Of a stretch of DNA of 64,000 nucleotides, positions 37,865 to 49,909 are shown in pieces; position 1 is the stretch's first letter, and the number at the start of each line of letters is the position of its first letter. Under the pieces are notes generated by a model. It was not told the DNA's origin, made no database searches, and worked only from the letters and a program-made list of their open reading frames with translations. Origin of the DNA: Sphaerodactylus townsendi (Eukaryota); contig NC_059428.1 in NCBI RefSeq assembly GCF_021028975.2, positions 62,806,001 to 62,870,000 of the forward strand, in the 5' to 3' direction. Made by a program: the position numbers and the translations under genes.

Positions 37865-37989
37865 CTTCAAATTTTAGGTCTGGAAATTTGGTCAAGTCTC
37901 CACCACCATATAATCGTTGAAGTTTAGCAATTCCTTCATTCAGATCTTTCTGATATTCTGGTCCAGAATCAACAGGGCCGCCAGCTTTC
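37865..37989 (-). CDS. ATP5PF: ATP5PF middle coding exon
   Basis: 125 nt; (Q)KAGGPVDSGPEYQKDLNEGIAKLQRLYGGGDLTKFPDLKFE; GTAAG donor. Confidence 0.95.
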
Positions 37990-39407
37990 CTTCAAATGAA
38001 ACAATTAGCATTTAAGCAATAATCTTGGAATGGTTTCAAAACTTTAAATGATCAATTCCTCTGACCATAACAAATACACAAGATGTACAGAAGTTATTAA
38101 ACTTGTTGTACGCACAGGGAATACACAATTTTGTTTATACAGTTGGCTTTCACAGCTGACAGAACAGATAGTTTGCAATTCTCCGTAATCATAAAAGAGC
38201 AATTACTGAAAAAATGAGAAAAGGGATGAAGACCGTGTGATGCAGTGGCAAGAATCTGATTTTGCAATAGGAAAACAAGCTCAGATCCCCATTTAAGCAT
38301 GATGTCCTTTGGTAGTCATTCAGGATAACCAATCTCACAATATTACTGGAAGAATAATTTGTGTGCTTGAGTGGTAGCGCCCACTGAACAAACTCATGGG
38401 ACTGATACAGACTTTTCCCCTTTCACCGTTTTATCGTAGCATATATTTAGCAGAAAGGAAAAATGATTTGCTTAATGTAGTGAGAAGTCCTTAGTGTCGT
38501 GTACACAGACATGGATCTGTGAGACACAAGTCTGAATTTCCACTTGGCCACAGAAGAGTGTGATTTTACTTTGGGCCAGTCACATACACTCAGCCTAACC
38601 GACCTTAGGATGGCTACTGTGAGAATGAAATGGAGTAGGAGAGCAGACTGTAAACTGTTTAAAGTTCCCACTGGAATGAAAAGTGGGTTGTAAATAAAAG
38701 TTCTGATGCTATTTTATACATTTAAAATAATTTGTCTCACATAGCATTAAAAAAAAACAAATTTCAATCACTGCTTGTCACCTATGTTATATTTCTTCCT
38801 TTATTCTGGGGAGTCTACGTAGAACACAGACTTTTAGACAAAATAATATAACCAAGGTTGAAAAACATAAGAAAACCATACAAGACTTTAGGAAGAAGTA
38901 AATGTAAAATACATAATTTAAACTATTAGGATGAAACTAAACTAGCTTGGATTTTTAGTGCAGCCAAGATACATTTGGCAAAGGACAGAGAGATGTGTTA
39001 TTTTATTTTGCTAAATGTCTATGGGCTATGTCAAGATTGAATAACAAAAATATGTGATACTTTGCTAATTACATTAAGCTTTAAACCTTAACCTCTTCCA
39101 TCTAGACCATTCCTCTTACAATCAACTATCCTTCTTTAAAAACTTTTTAAAAAACATGTGGCCATTTAAACATGTGGCCAAATTTACTCTAACGGTACTA
39201 TATTCCAGCAAGCTTGATCAACAAAAAAATACCATTGCCTGTCATTATGTGCCATAGTGGATTCCATACTACTGGAAGCCAAGTTCTAGACAGGCTTATT
39301 CAAGAACCTTCATGAGAATTTAAATGATCATCAAATTGGTAGAAAAATATTCAAAGAACTGGTTTCTCAAAATTGTTCATTTATTACTGAGCTATCCATT
39401 CACTTAC

Positions 39408-39577
39408 TGGCTTTTTGTATTGTATTCTCTAATCTTGTCCACAAAGAGTTTCTGCACAGGATCAAGTTCCTTTGCTTTATTGAAGACAACAGCAGAAAAA
39501 CCAATGTTTCTATGCAAGTGGATGGAGACAGTGGAACGAAAAATGTAAGAAAACCTGAAGAGCTGTTGGAGAATCAT
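39408..39577 (-). CDS. ATP5PF: ATP5PF (ATP5J, ATP synthase coupling factor 6) first coding exon
   Basis: MILQQLFRFSYIFRSTVSIHLHRNIGFSAVVFNKAKELDPVQKLFVDKIREYNTKS; GTAAGT donor. Total CDS 324 nt = 107 aa + stop. Too short per exon to appear in the ORF track. Confidence 0.97.
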
Positions 39578-39945
39578 GATGAACTTGCAGGCAATTCAGC
39601 TAGAAAGACAAAAGTCCAACAACTGTCTCAAAGACTTAATGTTTTGGAATACATAAAAAAGTAAACAGACTTCATTTACAATTACTCAATACTACAGTAG
39701 ACAAAGTTGGAGAACTTAAACCTGTAATCAGATCCCAGTTCAATTACAGTTCCTTCCCATTCCCTTTTATTTAGATTATTTGTATGCTAGCAGCTTCCAC
39801 TCAGAAACTATAAAGCCAAAGTAATAGTACACAACTCAAGCAAATGCAAGTTACATTATAAAAAGTTTTAAAATTGCACCAAAGTGCTTTTCTGATCTGC
39901 CTGTATGGCAATCAACACAAACACATCCTTGGATAACACATATGG

Positions 39946-40418
39946 CAGTGATGGCGAACCTATGGCACAGATGCCAAAGGTGGCACTTGGAGCCCTCTCT
40001 GTGGGCATGCACACATAGTTCATCATGTGGGGGTGGAAAATCACCCCCCCACCCCCCCACATACACACACGCACCCATCTAGGCTGGCATGGGCCACTGA
40101 GCACAACGTGTGAACACCGCGGTGAGCAGGGAGGACTTGGCTGGCAGGCCTGGTGCCTGTGCTCCAGGTGGCTTCTGCGGGGGGGGGGGGGCAGAGATGC
40201 TAGAGAGGCACAGAGCAGTGCACGTGGGACTTGCTGGATCCTACAGCAGGCTGGCCCCTGCTTGAGCGGGTGGGGCGGAGGAAGAGAGAGCCAACCGTTT
40301 TTTTCTAAACTAAAACCTCAGCATTCAGGTTAAATTGCCGGGTTGGCACTTTGCAATAAATAAGTGGGGTTTGGGTTGCAATTTGGGCACTTGTTCTCAA
40401 AAAGGTTCGCCATCACTG
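39946..40418. mobile_element. hAT MITE with OC1-like TIRs
   Basis: CAGTGATGGCGAACCT ... AGGTTCGCCATCACTG perfect TIRs; exact 8-bp TSD ACATATGG (39938-39945 and 40419-40426). Confidence 0.9.
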
Positions 40419-41089
40419 ACATATGGGCATCATGGCAAATACCCATTTTGGAATTCACCAATTAGCCTTACGGGCCACTTTATACTATTATTTCTATGCA
40501 CGTCAGGACCCGGGGTGAAGCAACGTTTAGATTACTAGACTGGCAAAGTCCATGTTCAGATCCCCAGATAAGCTCATTGGGTGGCCTTAAGTCAGGCATT
40601 CTCTCCCGGACACTTCAAATTTAGTTAACTCGTTGAAAGCTGGCAAAAAGGGGAACAAATTAAGCAAAATCAGTCCATAAGACACTAGAGAATGGGATAA
40701 GAGAACCGAAACCACGGCCAGCAGTGGGAGGCGGGGAAAAGGAGACTAGGATTAGGATCTATCTTTTTGAGACATAGGAAGACGCAGCCGACCTCCCCAC
40801 TTTTTCATCGCAGCACACCCTTCTCACCCTTCCAGCTCCAACAAGATGTTGTGCAGTCACCTACATTCGTCCTCCTAAGGATGGCCCCACCTCTAAAGCC
40901 CGCAGTGGATGCCGGGAACTTGCTCACATTCCTTCTTCCCCTCCCCTATCACCAACCGTGCCTCCCCCATGGGATTCAATGGACAACGTCAAATATACAG
41001 CGCACTCACTCTGAACTCTCGCACTTCAAATCTTTCATCAAAGACAAGCAACTAAATATATATATATCCCTGATCAGCAATTTAACAGT

Positions 41090-41900
41090 TCCTAAACCGG
41101 AAAGGGACATATTTGGTTCCGGTGCGAAACAAGATCATGGGTCAAAGATTTGATTTACGCAAAAGGTGGTTTTTTTAAGTGGGCGGCGTGCGGCGTTAGC
41201 CGCGTCTTTTCGCAAAGGATGGTGGGACTCGTAGTTTTTGTGTCTGCGCGGGGGGAGCGTATGTGCGCCTTTTCCCCGTCAGGGCCCCGCGCGTAGGCCT
41301 AGCTATCCGAGCCTGAGCGCGTCCCGGGCTTTCCTACACTGACACTCTCAGGGGAGGTATCGGGTCCTCCGGGAAGGGGATTTTCCAAGACCGAAGGAGA
41401 GGAAAAAAAAGGAAAGGCGGCTACTGCCGCTGTGGTGGTGGTACGAGGGCCTCGCAGCGTGTTTTTCGTGGCGGAGGCCAAGGCGGGTGAGTTCGGGGCG
41501 CGCGATTTCCAGGGAAGAGAGCGGGCGGGGGGCAGAGGGAAGCGCCTCGCGCTGTATCCGGGGCGGAGGGGGGTCTCGTGGCCTTTTTGCTTCTGGTGTT
41601 TTGTTTCCGTTTCTGCCCCGCGCGGCGCGAGTCTCATTTCCGTTCCGAGTTCAAACAACAAGGAGGCGCCGCCGCGGGCGGGAGGGGGAGGAAGGCTCGG
41701 GCTGAGGAGGAATGGCTCCCTCGGCGCCCGCTGGGCCGCCTCACCTCGGCGGGATTTCGTCTTCATTATTTGTGACTGGCGGGAAGGGATTACTCCGCTC
41801 CCTCCCTGGACGGGTCTTCCTCTAGGGAAGTCCGATTGAAAGTCGACCATGTTGGGCAGTCGCCGCCGCCGCCCCCTTCCTTCGTGGGGAAAAACAAAAG
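41090..41900. promoter_or_regulatory. ATP5PF/GABPA bidirectional CpG-island promoter; GABPA non-coding exon 1 probably ends at 41486
   Basis: CpG island between head-to-head genes; CCGGAA 41097-41102 and TTCCGG 41117-41122; ACTACGAGTCCCA (minus, 41223-41235); donor GG|GTGAGT at 41487. Confidence 0.8.
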
Positions 41901-42544
41901 CCCTTGGCGCGCACAGGAGATGGCTGGCTGGCAATGCCTTGGTAATTTGCCGATGGACTGTTCAGAGTTGCCCCCCTTCTTGTACACTTCTCCCTGTCTC
42001 CGGATTCAAAGTACTATGTAGCTGATCCTCTTAGAACACCTATACCTTTGTTTAAATGAGGTTTTAGGTTTTAGAAAAGTTGCTGCACAAACTTTAGGGA
42101 TGCGCTGTCAAAAATCAGAACAGCTATTTAATAATGGCAGACCACTCGCTTCAATAGGTAGTGGTTCTTTCTCTATAAGAAAAGCATCACCGAGTTATTT
42201 TTAAAAAAGACACAGACTAGGGTCCCTCCACAGGTGTTTTTCATAGGGTACCTGGAGCCTTGCCTTAGTAAGACAAAACATGAAGTTGCATTTTCTGATT
42301 TAATAAATAAATATTTAGCAGTTGCGTATGAACTGAAGCTGTTAGCAGAAATTGCATACCCCCTTCTCTCTTTTTCTCTATACAACCACTCTTATTAATA
42401 AGAGTACCACTGATGTTACTAGTTCCACTTTTGTCAACCAGGCACACCTGGATCTTGATCCAGTACAGAGACTCCCATCTGCAATCGATAGGGCTGACAG
42501 CAGGAGAATAGAAACAGTCGACTGAGAACATCTCCTTCAGGAAT

Positions 42545-44680
42545 ATAGAATCACAGAGTTGGAAGAGGCCTTGAAGGCCATCTAGTCAATGCAGGATCAG
42601 CATAAAGCAACCCTGACAAGTGTTCGTCCAGCTGCTGCTTGAAAACGTCCAGTGAGGGGAAGCCTATCACTTCCATAGGCAGAAAAGCCCCCTACTGAAC
42701 TACATTTACTGAATTTTTTTCCTAATATCTAGCCAATATCTTTCTTCCCATAATTTATACCTCTGCTGCCAATAGGAACCGCTCCCTGTTCTCAACTAAG
42801 TGACAATCATATCCCCCTCAACCTCTTCTTTTCTAGGCATTCCCAAGGCCCTCAATTTTTCCTCTAGTAGCTTGGCCCCAGAGTCCCTGATCATTCTCAT
42901 TGCTCTCCTGTGCATTTGTTCCATTCTGTTTACATCCTTTTTGAACTGCATGCAGTACTGACCAACATGATATACAGCCCAACTATGCCATCTTGTGATT
43001 TGGATCCTATGCCTCTTGATACACCCCAACACCACATTCACCTTTTGCCAGAGCATCACATTGGCTGCTCATATTTATCTTACCGGTACAGTCCCCTTGT
43101 ATCCACATCATGTTCACACACACACTGCTACCCAGAAGTGTATCCCACATGCAGTATGTGTGCTTCTCATTTTTGTTACTCAGATGTAGAACACTGTACT
43201 TGTTCTTGTTGAATTTCATCTTGGAATTATAGAGTTGGAAGAGACCACAAGGGCCATCCAGTCCAACCCCTTGCCATGGGGGAATACACAATCAAAGCAC
43301 TCTTAACAGTTGTCCATCCAGGCTCTTTAAAAACTTCCAAAGAAAAATACTCCACCACCCTCTGAGACAGCCCTTACCGTCAGGAAGTTCTTCCTAATAA
43401 CTATTAGGAACTCCTCTTCTAGTTTGAATCCATTACTCTGTGTCCTTGTCTCTGGAGCAGCAGAAAACAAGCTTGCTCCCTCTTCAATATGACATTCAAA
43501 TATTTGCTATCATGTCACCCCTTAACTTTCTCCTTGCTAAACTAAACATTCCCAATTCCCCAAGTCTCTCTTTATAGGACATAGAATCCGTACCTTTTCC
43601 CATTTTGGTCACCTTTCTGTGGACATGGTATAGCTTGCCAATATCCTTTTTGAACTGTGGTACCCAGAACTGGATTCAGTATTCCAGATGAGACTTGACT
43701 AATGCAGAATAAAGTAGTACTGTCACTTCCCTCAATCTAGACACAATACTCATATTGATATAGCCCATCTTGTTCGCATCCACCCACTTTTCTAGCGTGA
43801 TCAGATCTCACTGGACTCTATTTTCCAGGGCAGTGGTTCTCAACCTGTGGGTAATGACCTCTTTGGGGGTCGAACGACTCTTTCACAGGGGTTGCCTAAG
43901 ACTCTCTGCATCAGTGTTCTCCATCTATAAAATGGATAAATGTTAGGGTTGGGGGTCACCACAACTGTATTAAAGGGTTGTGGCATTGGGAAGGTTGAGA
44001 ACCACTGTTCCAGGGTGTTCACAACTTACAATTTGGTGTCATCTGCAAATTTAATGAAGCATCCTTCTGATCCCTCATCCAGATCTTTTATAAAAATATT
44101 GAAAAAGTGCCAGGCTTATGACCATGCCCTGTGGCATCCCACTGGACACATCCTTCCAGTCAGATGAAATACATTGACAACTGCTTTTTGGGTGTGGTCC
44201 TCTAACTAGTTCTCTATCCACCTAACTATCCTAGAGTTTAGTATCAGTTTTCCAATTTACCCATTATAAATAATTCGGAGCCCTGTCAAAAGCTTTACTG
44301 AAATCCAGGTAAATTACATTAAATTACAGCTTTTCCATGATCCATGAAGCTTATCAGTCAATTGCAGAAGAAAACAAGGTTGACCTGGCAGGACTTGTTG
44401 GGGATAAATCCGTGCTAACTTCTCTGGATCACCAAGTTGTCCTTCAGATGCTCACAGTATCTGCTCCGTTATCTTTCCTGGGGCTGAGGTCAGATGTACT
44501 GGCCTATAGTTTCCTGTGTTGTCTTTCCTGTATTTTTTTTTAAGATTTAGATAATATTTGTCCTCTTCTAGTCTTGTGGCACCTCTCTTGTCCTGAAAAT
44601 AATGGGCAAAGGCTCTGCAAGTTCTCTAGAAAGTTCCTTGAGCACTTTTGGGTGCATACTGTCTGGCTCAGGAAATTTGT
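42545..44680 (-). mobile_element. CR1 LINE fragments (at least two)
   Basis: ATAGAATCACAGAGTTGGAAGAGGCC and TATAGAGTTGGAAGAGACC 3' ends; minus-strand peptides QYCMQFKKDVNRMEQMHRRAMRMIR and MKFNKNKYSVLHL. Confidence 0.8.
43831..44007 (+). mobile_element. SPIN-family hAT MITE nested in CR1
   Basis: CAGTGGTTCTCAACCTGTGGG..TTTGGGGGTCGAACGAC..TTTCACAGGGGT..GGTTGGGGGTCACCACAAC..GTATTAAAGGGT..GAAGGTTGAGAACCACTG matches SPIN_NA/URR1; 8-bp TSD TTCCAGGG on both sides. Confidence 0.9.
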
Positions 44681-44829
44681 ACTCATAATAGTGCAGCCAG
44701 TTACCTCTCAACAACCTCTCTATCGGTCAATACTGTGCCTTGCCTGCTACCATCTGTAGGTGAGAGTTTCTCCAGTTTCATTCACTTTGGACCTATTGCT
44801 TCTGTCTTGCATGTGTTCTTTATAGTTGG

Positions 44830-45366
44830 TGCAGGATGCTGTGGCCAGAATGTTGACTGGAGTGAGTAGCAGGGACTATATCATCCCAATCTTTCTCCAT
44901 ATACTCTGCCTCCCAGTTTGCTTCTAGACCCAATTTAGGGTGCTGGTATTGGCCTTTAAAACTGTATACTGTTTGGGACTAGCATACCTGAACGTCAAGC
45001 AACTTCCATATAAATCTCCCTGACCATTTCAACAAAGTTCAGTGGCCCTACTTTGGGTATCACTATCATCTGAAGTTGGTTGAGTGGCACTCAGGGAAAG
45101 GACCTTCTTGTTCATGCCACTGAAATTATGGAATTCCCTCCCCATGGATAGTTGTCTATTCCCATCACTCCTTCTCTTCTGCCTGCAAATGAAGACTTTT
45201 CTGCTTGGTCTTGCGAGCTGTAACTGATCTTGCCTGTTTTTAATTGATGATTTGCTATATGTTTGTGTGTACTGTCAGAAGTTGGTTCTTTTTAATGATT
45301 CACAGCCTTGAGTGCCCTGTTGCACAGAAAGACAGGATTAAGATTTTTGAAATAAATAATAATAAA
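44830..45366 (+). mobile_element. Old L2 3' fragment
   Basis: GCTGTGGCCAGAATGTTGACTGG...CTCCCAGTTTGCTTCTAGACCCAATTTAGGGTGCTGG with an (AATA)n tail. Confidence 0.55.
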
Positions 45367-45430
45367 TATTAGGTTGTTAATTTATGATTTTCTTTTATTT
45401 TTGCAGGCTGCCTCTTGAAATATTACAGCC

Positions 45431-45507
45431 ATGACTAAGAGAGAAGCAGAAGAACTGATAGAAATAGAAATTGATGGAACTGAGAAACAAGAGTGTACAG
45501 AAGAAAG
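45431..45507 (+). CDS. GABPA: GABPA first coding exon (acceptor at 45406)
   Basis: GCCATG; MTKREAEELIEIEIDGTEKQECTEE(S); GTAAG donor. Confidence 0.97.
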
Positions 45508-45784
45508 GTAAGCAGAGTTCAGATGGGTGCATATATATGTATTTTTCCATACTTTAAAAAAGTGTATATATTTCTATACAGCTTTTCCTCATCGTTCATA
45601 TTCATTTATAACATATCAAGGAAATAACATCTCTTTTCTCCCTGCCATTCCCCATCCAATATTCACCTCCATTGCTAAGTGAATGTTTTCGTTTGTCAAT
45701 CCAGGTCTTTAATATGTGAGCCAAAGAGAGCCGAGTCAGGAGCTACTCTTCCTCTGATGGCAGTTGGCTTTCATATTAAACCTA

Positions 45785-46420
45785 CCGTATATACTCGAGT
45801 ATAAGCCGACCTGAATATAAGCCAAGGCACCTGATTTTACCACAAAAAACTGGGAAACTTATTGACTCGAGTATAAGCCTTTGAACTTGACTCAGTAGCA
45901 GCTAAAAGCAGAAGATTTGGGAGCAAGATGAGATAGAGTTGCTTAACAGAGTTTGCATTAGGGATGAGCTTTCCAGCACTCTAGGAACACAAATGAACCA
46001 CTGTTTTCCTCCAAATGTAGAATAATTCTGGGATTCATAGCCATGCCAGCTTAAACTTTGCTCCAAAGAAAGTCTTTGTCTTCAGCAACATCAGTATTTG
46101 GCAGTAAACTACTGTATGAAGAATTGTATTCATCTAGAATGCAATGCACCAATAACTCTTAGGAGAGAAATACCTCGGTTTCTTTTAACACAAACACACA
46201 CACACACCACCTAGTTGTAATGCTATGCAGGCTGTCCTTACAGCTTGTTTTTACGGCTCTCTGGTGAGTTAAAGAAAAAGCAGCAACGTGCTTACTGGAT
46301 CCCCAAAGCAGCCCCATCTCCGGCCGCCATCTTGGAATTACCGTATATGCTTGAATATAAGCCAGCTTTTTCAGCATTAAAATGTGCTGAAAAAGTCGGC
46401 TTATACTCAAGTATATACGG
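45785..46420. mobile_element. Tc1/mariner(pogo)-type non-autonomous element
   Basis: TA|CCGTATATACTCGAGTATAAGCC ... GGCTTATACTCAAGTATATACGG TIRs, with repeated subterminal copies. Confidence 0.7.
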
Positions 46421-47091
46421 CAGTTACATTTCAAGTTTACCAAGGATACCCAAAAGTATTGTGTAGACTGGTTCCAATCAAAGTTCCACACAATAACAGA
46501 TTGAATCTTGCTAACACAAAATGAAGTGTTTTCTGTCTTACTCCTTAAGGACATGCCTTTCCGTGCATTGTACGCATTTATTTTTTCTCACTTAAAATTT
46601 AAATTACTCCAGGAGACCTTGCACTTAAAACAAGTACTTTAAAAGTAAGTTTTATTTTTCTCAGTTTATTTGTTTAAAAAAATCTTTTTCTATATCTTGC
46701 TACTTGAGTCTCACTTTCAGATGAGACTGTTGACATTTGAAGACATTTTCATAATGAATATAAGCTGGAATCTGGTACATTTACTGTAATGTGTCAATAT
46801 TACCAGAAATCTCTGAAAATGGGATATTTATATCTCTTCCCGAAAACTGAATTGATTCATAAGCACAGTTAAGGCAGATTAACTGAGGTAGAGATTGGGG
46901 CAGAAGTTTGGGCAGTTGGAGTTCAAAGCCAGCGTTGGATATGCTTTTAGTTGCAATTCTGTTTTCAAACTGTTCAAATTAAGTTGTCTGTCATGGGGAC
47001 ATTAACCATTACTACAGAAATATTAATGTAATTGCATTCTAATAGTAGCTTTCATTTAAATCAAGTACAAGACTCTGTCTAACTCTTTCAG

Positions 47092-47236
47092 CATTGTTGA
47101 GCAAACCTACACTACTGCAGAATTTGTGAGTCAGGCAATTGACATCAATGAACCAGTTGGAAATCTTAAGAAACTGCTGGAACCAAGACTTCAGTGTTCC
47201 TTGGAGGCTCATGAAATCTGCCTACAGGATATACAG
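47092..47236 (+). CDS. GABPA: GABPA coding exon 2 (OST domain)
   Basis: 145 nt; IVEQTYTTAEFVSQAIDINEPVGNLKKLLEPRLQCSLEAHEICLQDIQ. Confidence 0.97.
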
Positions 47237-47734
47237 GTAAAACAAAAAATGAACCTCTATTTAAAATTCAGGTTGTTCTCTTCCTTTGATTTTCCTTGTC
47301 TTGATTTTACATTAAAGTGATTTATTAGCTCTGATTACAAGAAGTTGAGATCGATAGTCAACCAAATATATTGGAGAATATTTGTTTGTTAGTTTACTTC
47401 TTTTAAACCACACCTTTCTCTCCACTGGGGACTCAGAGCAACTGACATAATTCTCCTATCTTCTATTTTATCCTCACAAATTCCCTATGAGGTACACCAG
47501 GCTGAAGTATATGACTGACTCAGTGTCACCCAGCAAGCTTCCATGGCAGTGTGGGGATTCAAATCAGGGTCACCCAGATCCATGTCTGACACACTAACCA
47601 CCACACCATACCGGCTCTCACAGTTTTGTAATGTGGAAGATGTAGGTGCTTTTTGAACTCTATTTTGCACTCTATTATTTGCAGTACGCTCACCTTCTTT
47701 AAAAGTGGAATAAAATAAATTGCTTAATGTAAAG

Positions 47735-47872
47735 CAGGGGTCTTCAAACTATGGCCCTCCAAATGTTCATGGACTACAATTCCCATCAGTCCCTGCCAGC
47801 ATGGCCAAGTGGTAGGGCTCATGGGAATTGTAGTCTCTGAACATCTGGAGGGCCATAGTTTGAAGACCCCTG
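47735..47872. mobile_element. hAT MITE
   Basis: CAGGGGTCTTCAAACTATGGCCCTCC ... GGAGGGCCATAGTTTGAAGACCCCTG; 8-bp TSD ATGTAAAG. Confidence 0.92.
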
Positions 47873-47926
47873 ATGTAAAGGGTTGCATCCTCAGTGCTAC
47901 TGTTACCTAAAATGGTGGGACACAAT

Positions 47927-48367
47927 TGTAGTCGACCCACGCGGTCAGCGTAAGAACGAGACGAGACGCGGAGATAACATCTGGTGGAGATCGCCAGCAG
48001 CGGGAGACCGGAGGTCCGTGTTCCTAGCGAGTCTCCCGTCTGCCGGTTCCTGGCTGTTGTGTTACTCTAGTGTGGGAGGGCTGGGGGGAGTTCGAGAGCG
48101 GGAGGTCGAGGAGATCATCATGTGATGCATGATCTCATCTGGCTTCGTGCGATCGCAGGAGGAATGCACGCGTCTGAGCCTAATCCTCACCTGGGGGAGC
48201 CAAGACCATTGTCCCTAAGCCCCGGTGGATTGAGCCAGACAGTTCCACGACCCGTGGACTCATGGGGGGATGAGGAGTGGGAGTGCGATCTGACCGGCAA
48301 GGACGCAGGTCGATTGGCGTCCAGCACGTTCTACTACGGCACTGCTGGGTCGGCAGTGCACTACCCA
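47927..48367 (-). repeat. ERV 3' LTR
   Basis: Homologous to 53339-53797; preceded on the minus strand by the polypurine tract at 48368-48381. Confidence 0.9.
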
Positions 48368-48417
48368 TCTCCTCCTTTTTTACATTTTAGAAAGCGGGGC
48401 GGCAGCTAAAGGAAGAT

Positions 48418-49909
48418 TTAAAGGGGCGGCTTGTCTCCTCCGCACGTTTGATGAGATTGACCAAACTGCTTGTGCAACATTAGAACTTGGTTTGGGGTAA
48501 GGGAAATGCGAGGGGACTTGCACACGTTACAGGCAATATTAGACAGGCATTGAGCGAGAGCAAGATCCGATTAACAAGGAGCGCACAATTAAACCAATAC
48601 AGAGCTGTACAATGGCACTCAACCATCCTCCCGGCAGCCAGCTCCAGAGGGCCATTTGATACACCAATGGGAGCAAACCATGTACTTCCAGATTAGATAC
48701 AACTTCTTGCGGCTCACGCACTTTCATGTGGATCAACTGGGAATTATCCAGAAAGATTAAAACAACACACATATTATGTACATTCTCACAACCTTGGTGA
48801 TGTAACAGCAACAAATAATCAATGGCGACGCAGGATTGTCTAGGGTGAAAGCAGTGAAGTTCCTGCTGCTTTCGGAGGCCAGGGCATCCCAGAGCGGTGG
48901 AGGCAGAGTTGATGGACTTATAGGGAACCACAGGCCAGCCCGGCCAATAGTCTTAGCATTGTAGGAAGCGAGAGTCAGGGACTCCCCACTAGGGAGGATG
49001 CGAGGGAGGCAGACTCCGCTTGGGAGAGGGCGATAAGCTCCGACAGGAGAATTGCAGGGCGGAGAGGAGGCGGCGTCCGGGCTCGAGGTGGAACCTGAGG
49101 TAGGACAATGGTGACTGAGGCAGCAAAGAGTTCCGGCAGGGGAGTCCCGAGGCGGGAATGTGGTTCGCGTCCTCTCCCCTTAGGTCCAGAACCAGCCCCT
49201 GGGAGAGCAGGATGTTTCCGAACACGCGGGGAATGTCCTCCCATGTGTGTGCAGTTCCAACTGGCCGAGCCGACTGAGAATGGGCAGTGTCGGTTCCCCG
49301 TTCGGCTGCGCCCGGTGATCACGGGCGCAGGTGTTGAACTTCGTGGTTAGCGGCCGTCTTGGTGACAAGAGGAAAGAGAAGCCAGCCGAGAGGGTTTGGG
49401 CGACGCGTTGTCGGCGCTCCGCCAGAATATCTGATGGACTGAGGCATTCATGAAGGGGCTCAGCCCAGACTCCCGCTAGGAAGTCTCGAGGTGCTTTGCA
49501 GGCAGGGAGCAGGCAGGAGCTTAGCAGGCTCCCGACTCCTAGGTAGCAGGCAGAAAGATGCAGACGTTGGTAGCGGCAGCAAGCACATAGATGTTGGTCT
49601 GGCTTCATGAGGCAGCAGATCGCCCTTCGGCAGGAGGCATGAGAGCAGGCAAAGGATGGTGGTAGCTGGGGTTGGTGGTGATGATACATAAAGAGAGCGG
49701 CACAGAGGTTCTCAGTGTCGGGTGAGATGCTTGCTGGCGCAGCAGCGCTAGAGCCTGGCTGGTGGTTGCCAGACGTCTCCCAGGTCATCCGGGTCTTTAA
49801 AATTGGGCAACGGCGTTCCTATTTAAGAGATGCGCTGCGTGTAGGGATCCTCTAGAGAGATGCGTTCCATCTCCAGGATGGGGTTGGTTTCCTCCTGAAG
49901 CCATTCCAT
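48418..49909 (-). pseudogene. env: ERV env, alpharetrovirus-like gamma-type, frameshifted as assembled
   Basis: Splice acceptor CCTCTTCCTACAG at 49954; SU-like NIYVLAAATNV..FCL and PRGWFWT.GER; basic cleavage region ~49070-49085; TM ..GRLAC..[42 protein letters not shown] read across indels; membrane anchor WSWLPGGWLSAIVQLCIGLIV. Confidence 0.85.

Noticed and set aside
41299-41934. 211-aa minus-strand ORF and overlapping ORFs
   Set aside because: GC-rich CpG island with few stops; no recognisable domain; overlaps the promoter and GABPA exon 1.
49180-49788. 202-aa Cys-rich ORF as a novel viral accessory gene
   Set aside because: Parts of it (GSLLSSCLLPAC, PRGWFWT) are env SU segments; the rest is most simply out-of-frame env caused by indels.
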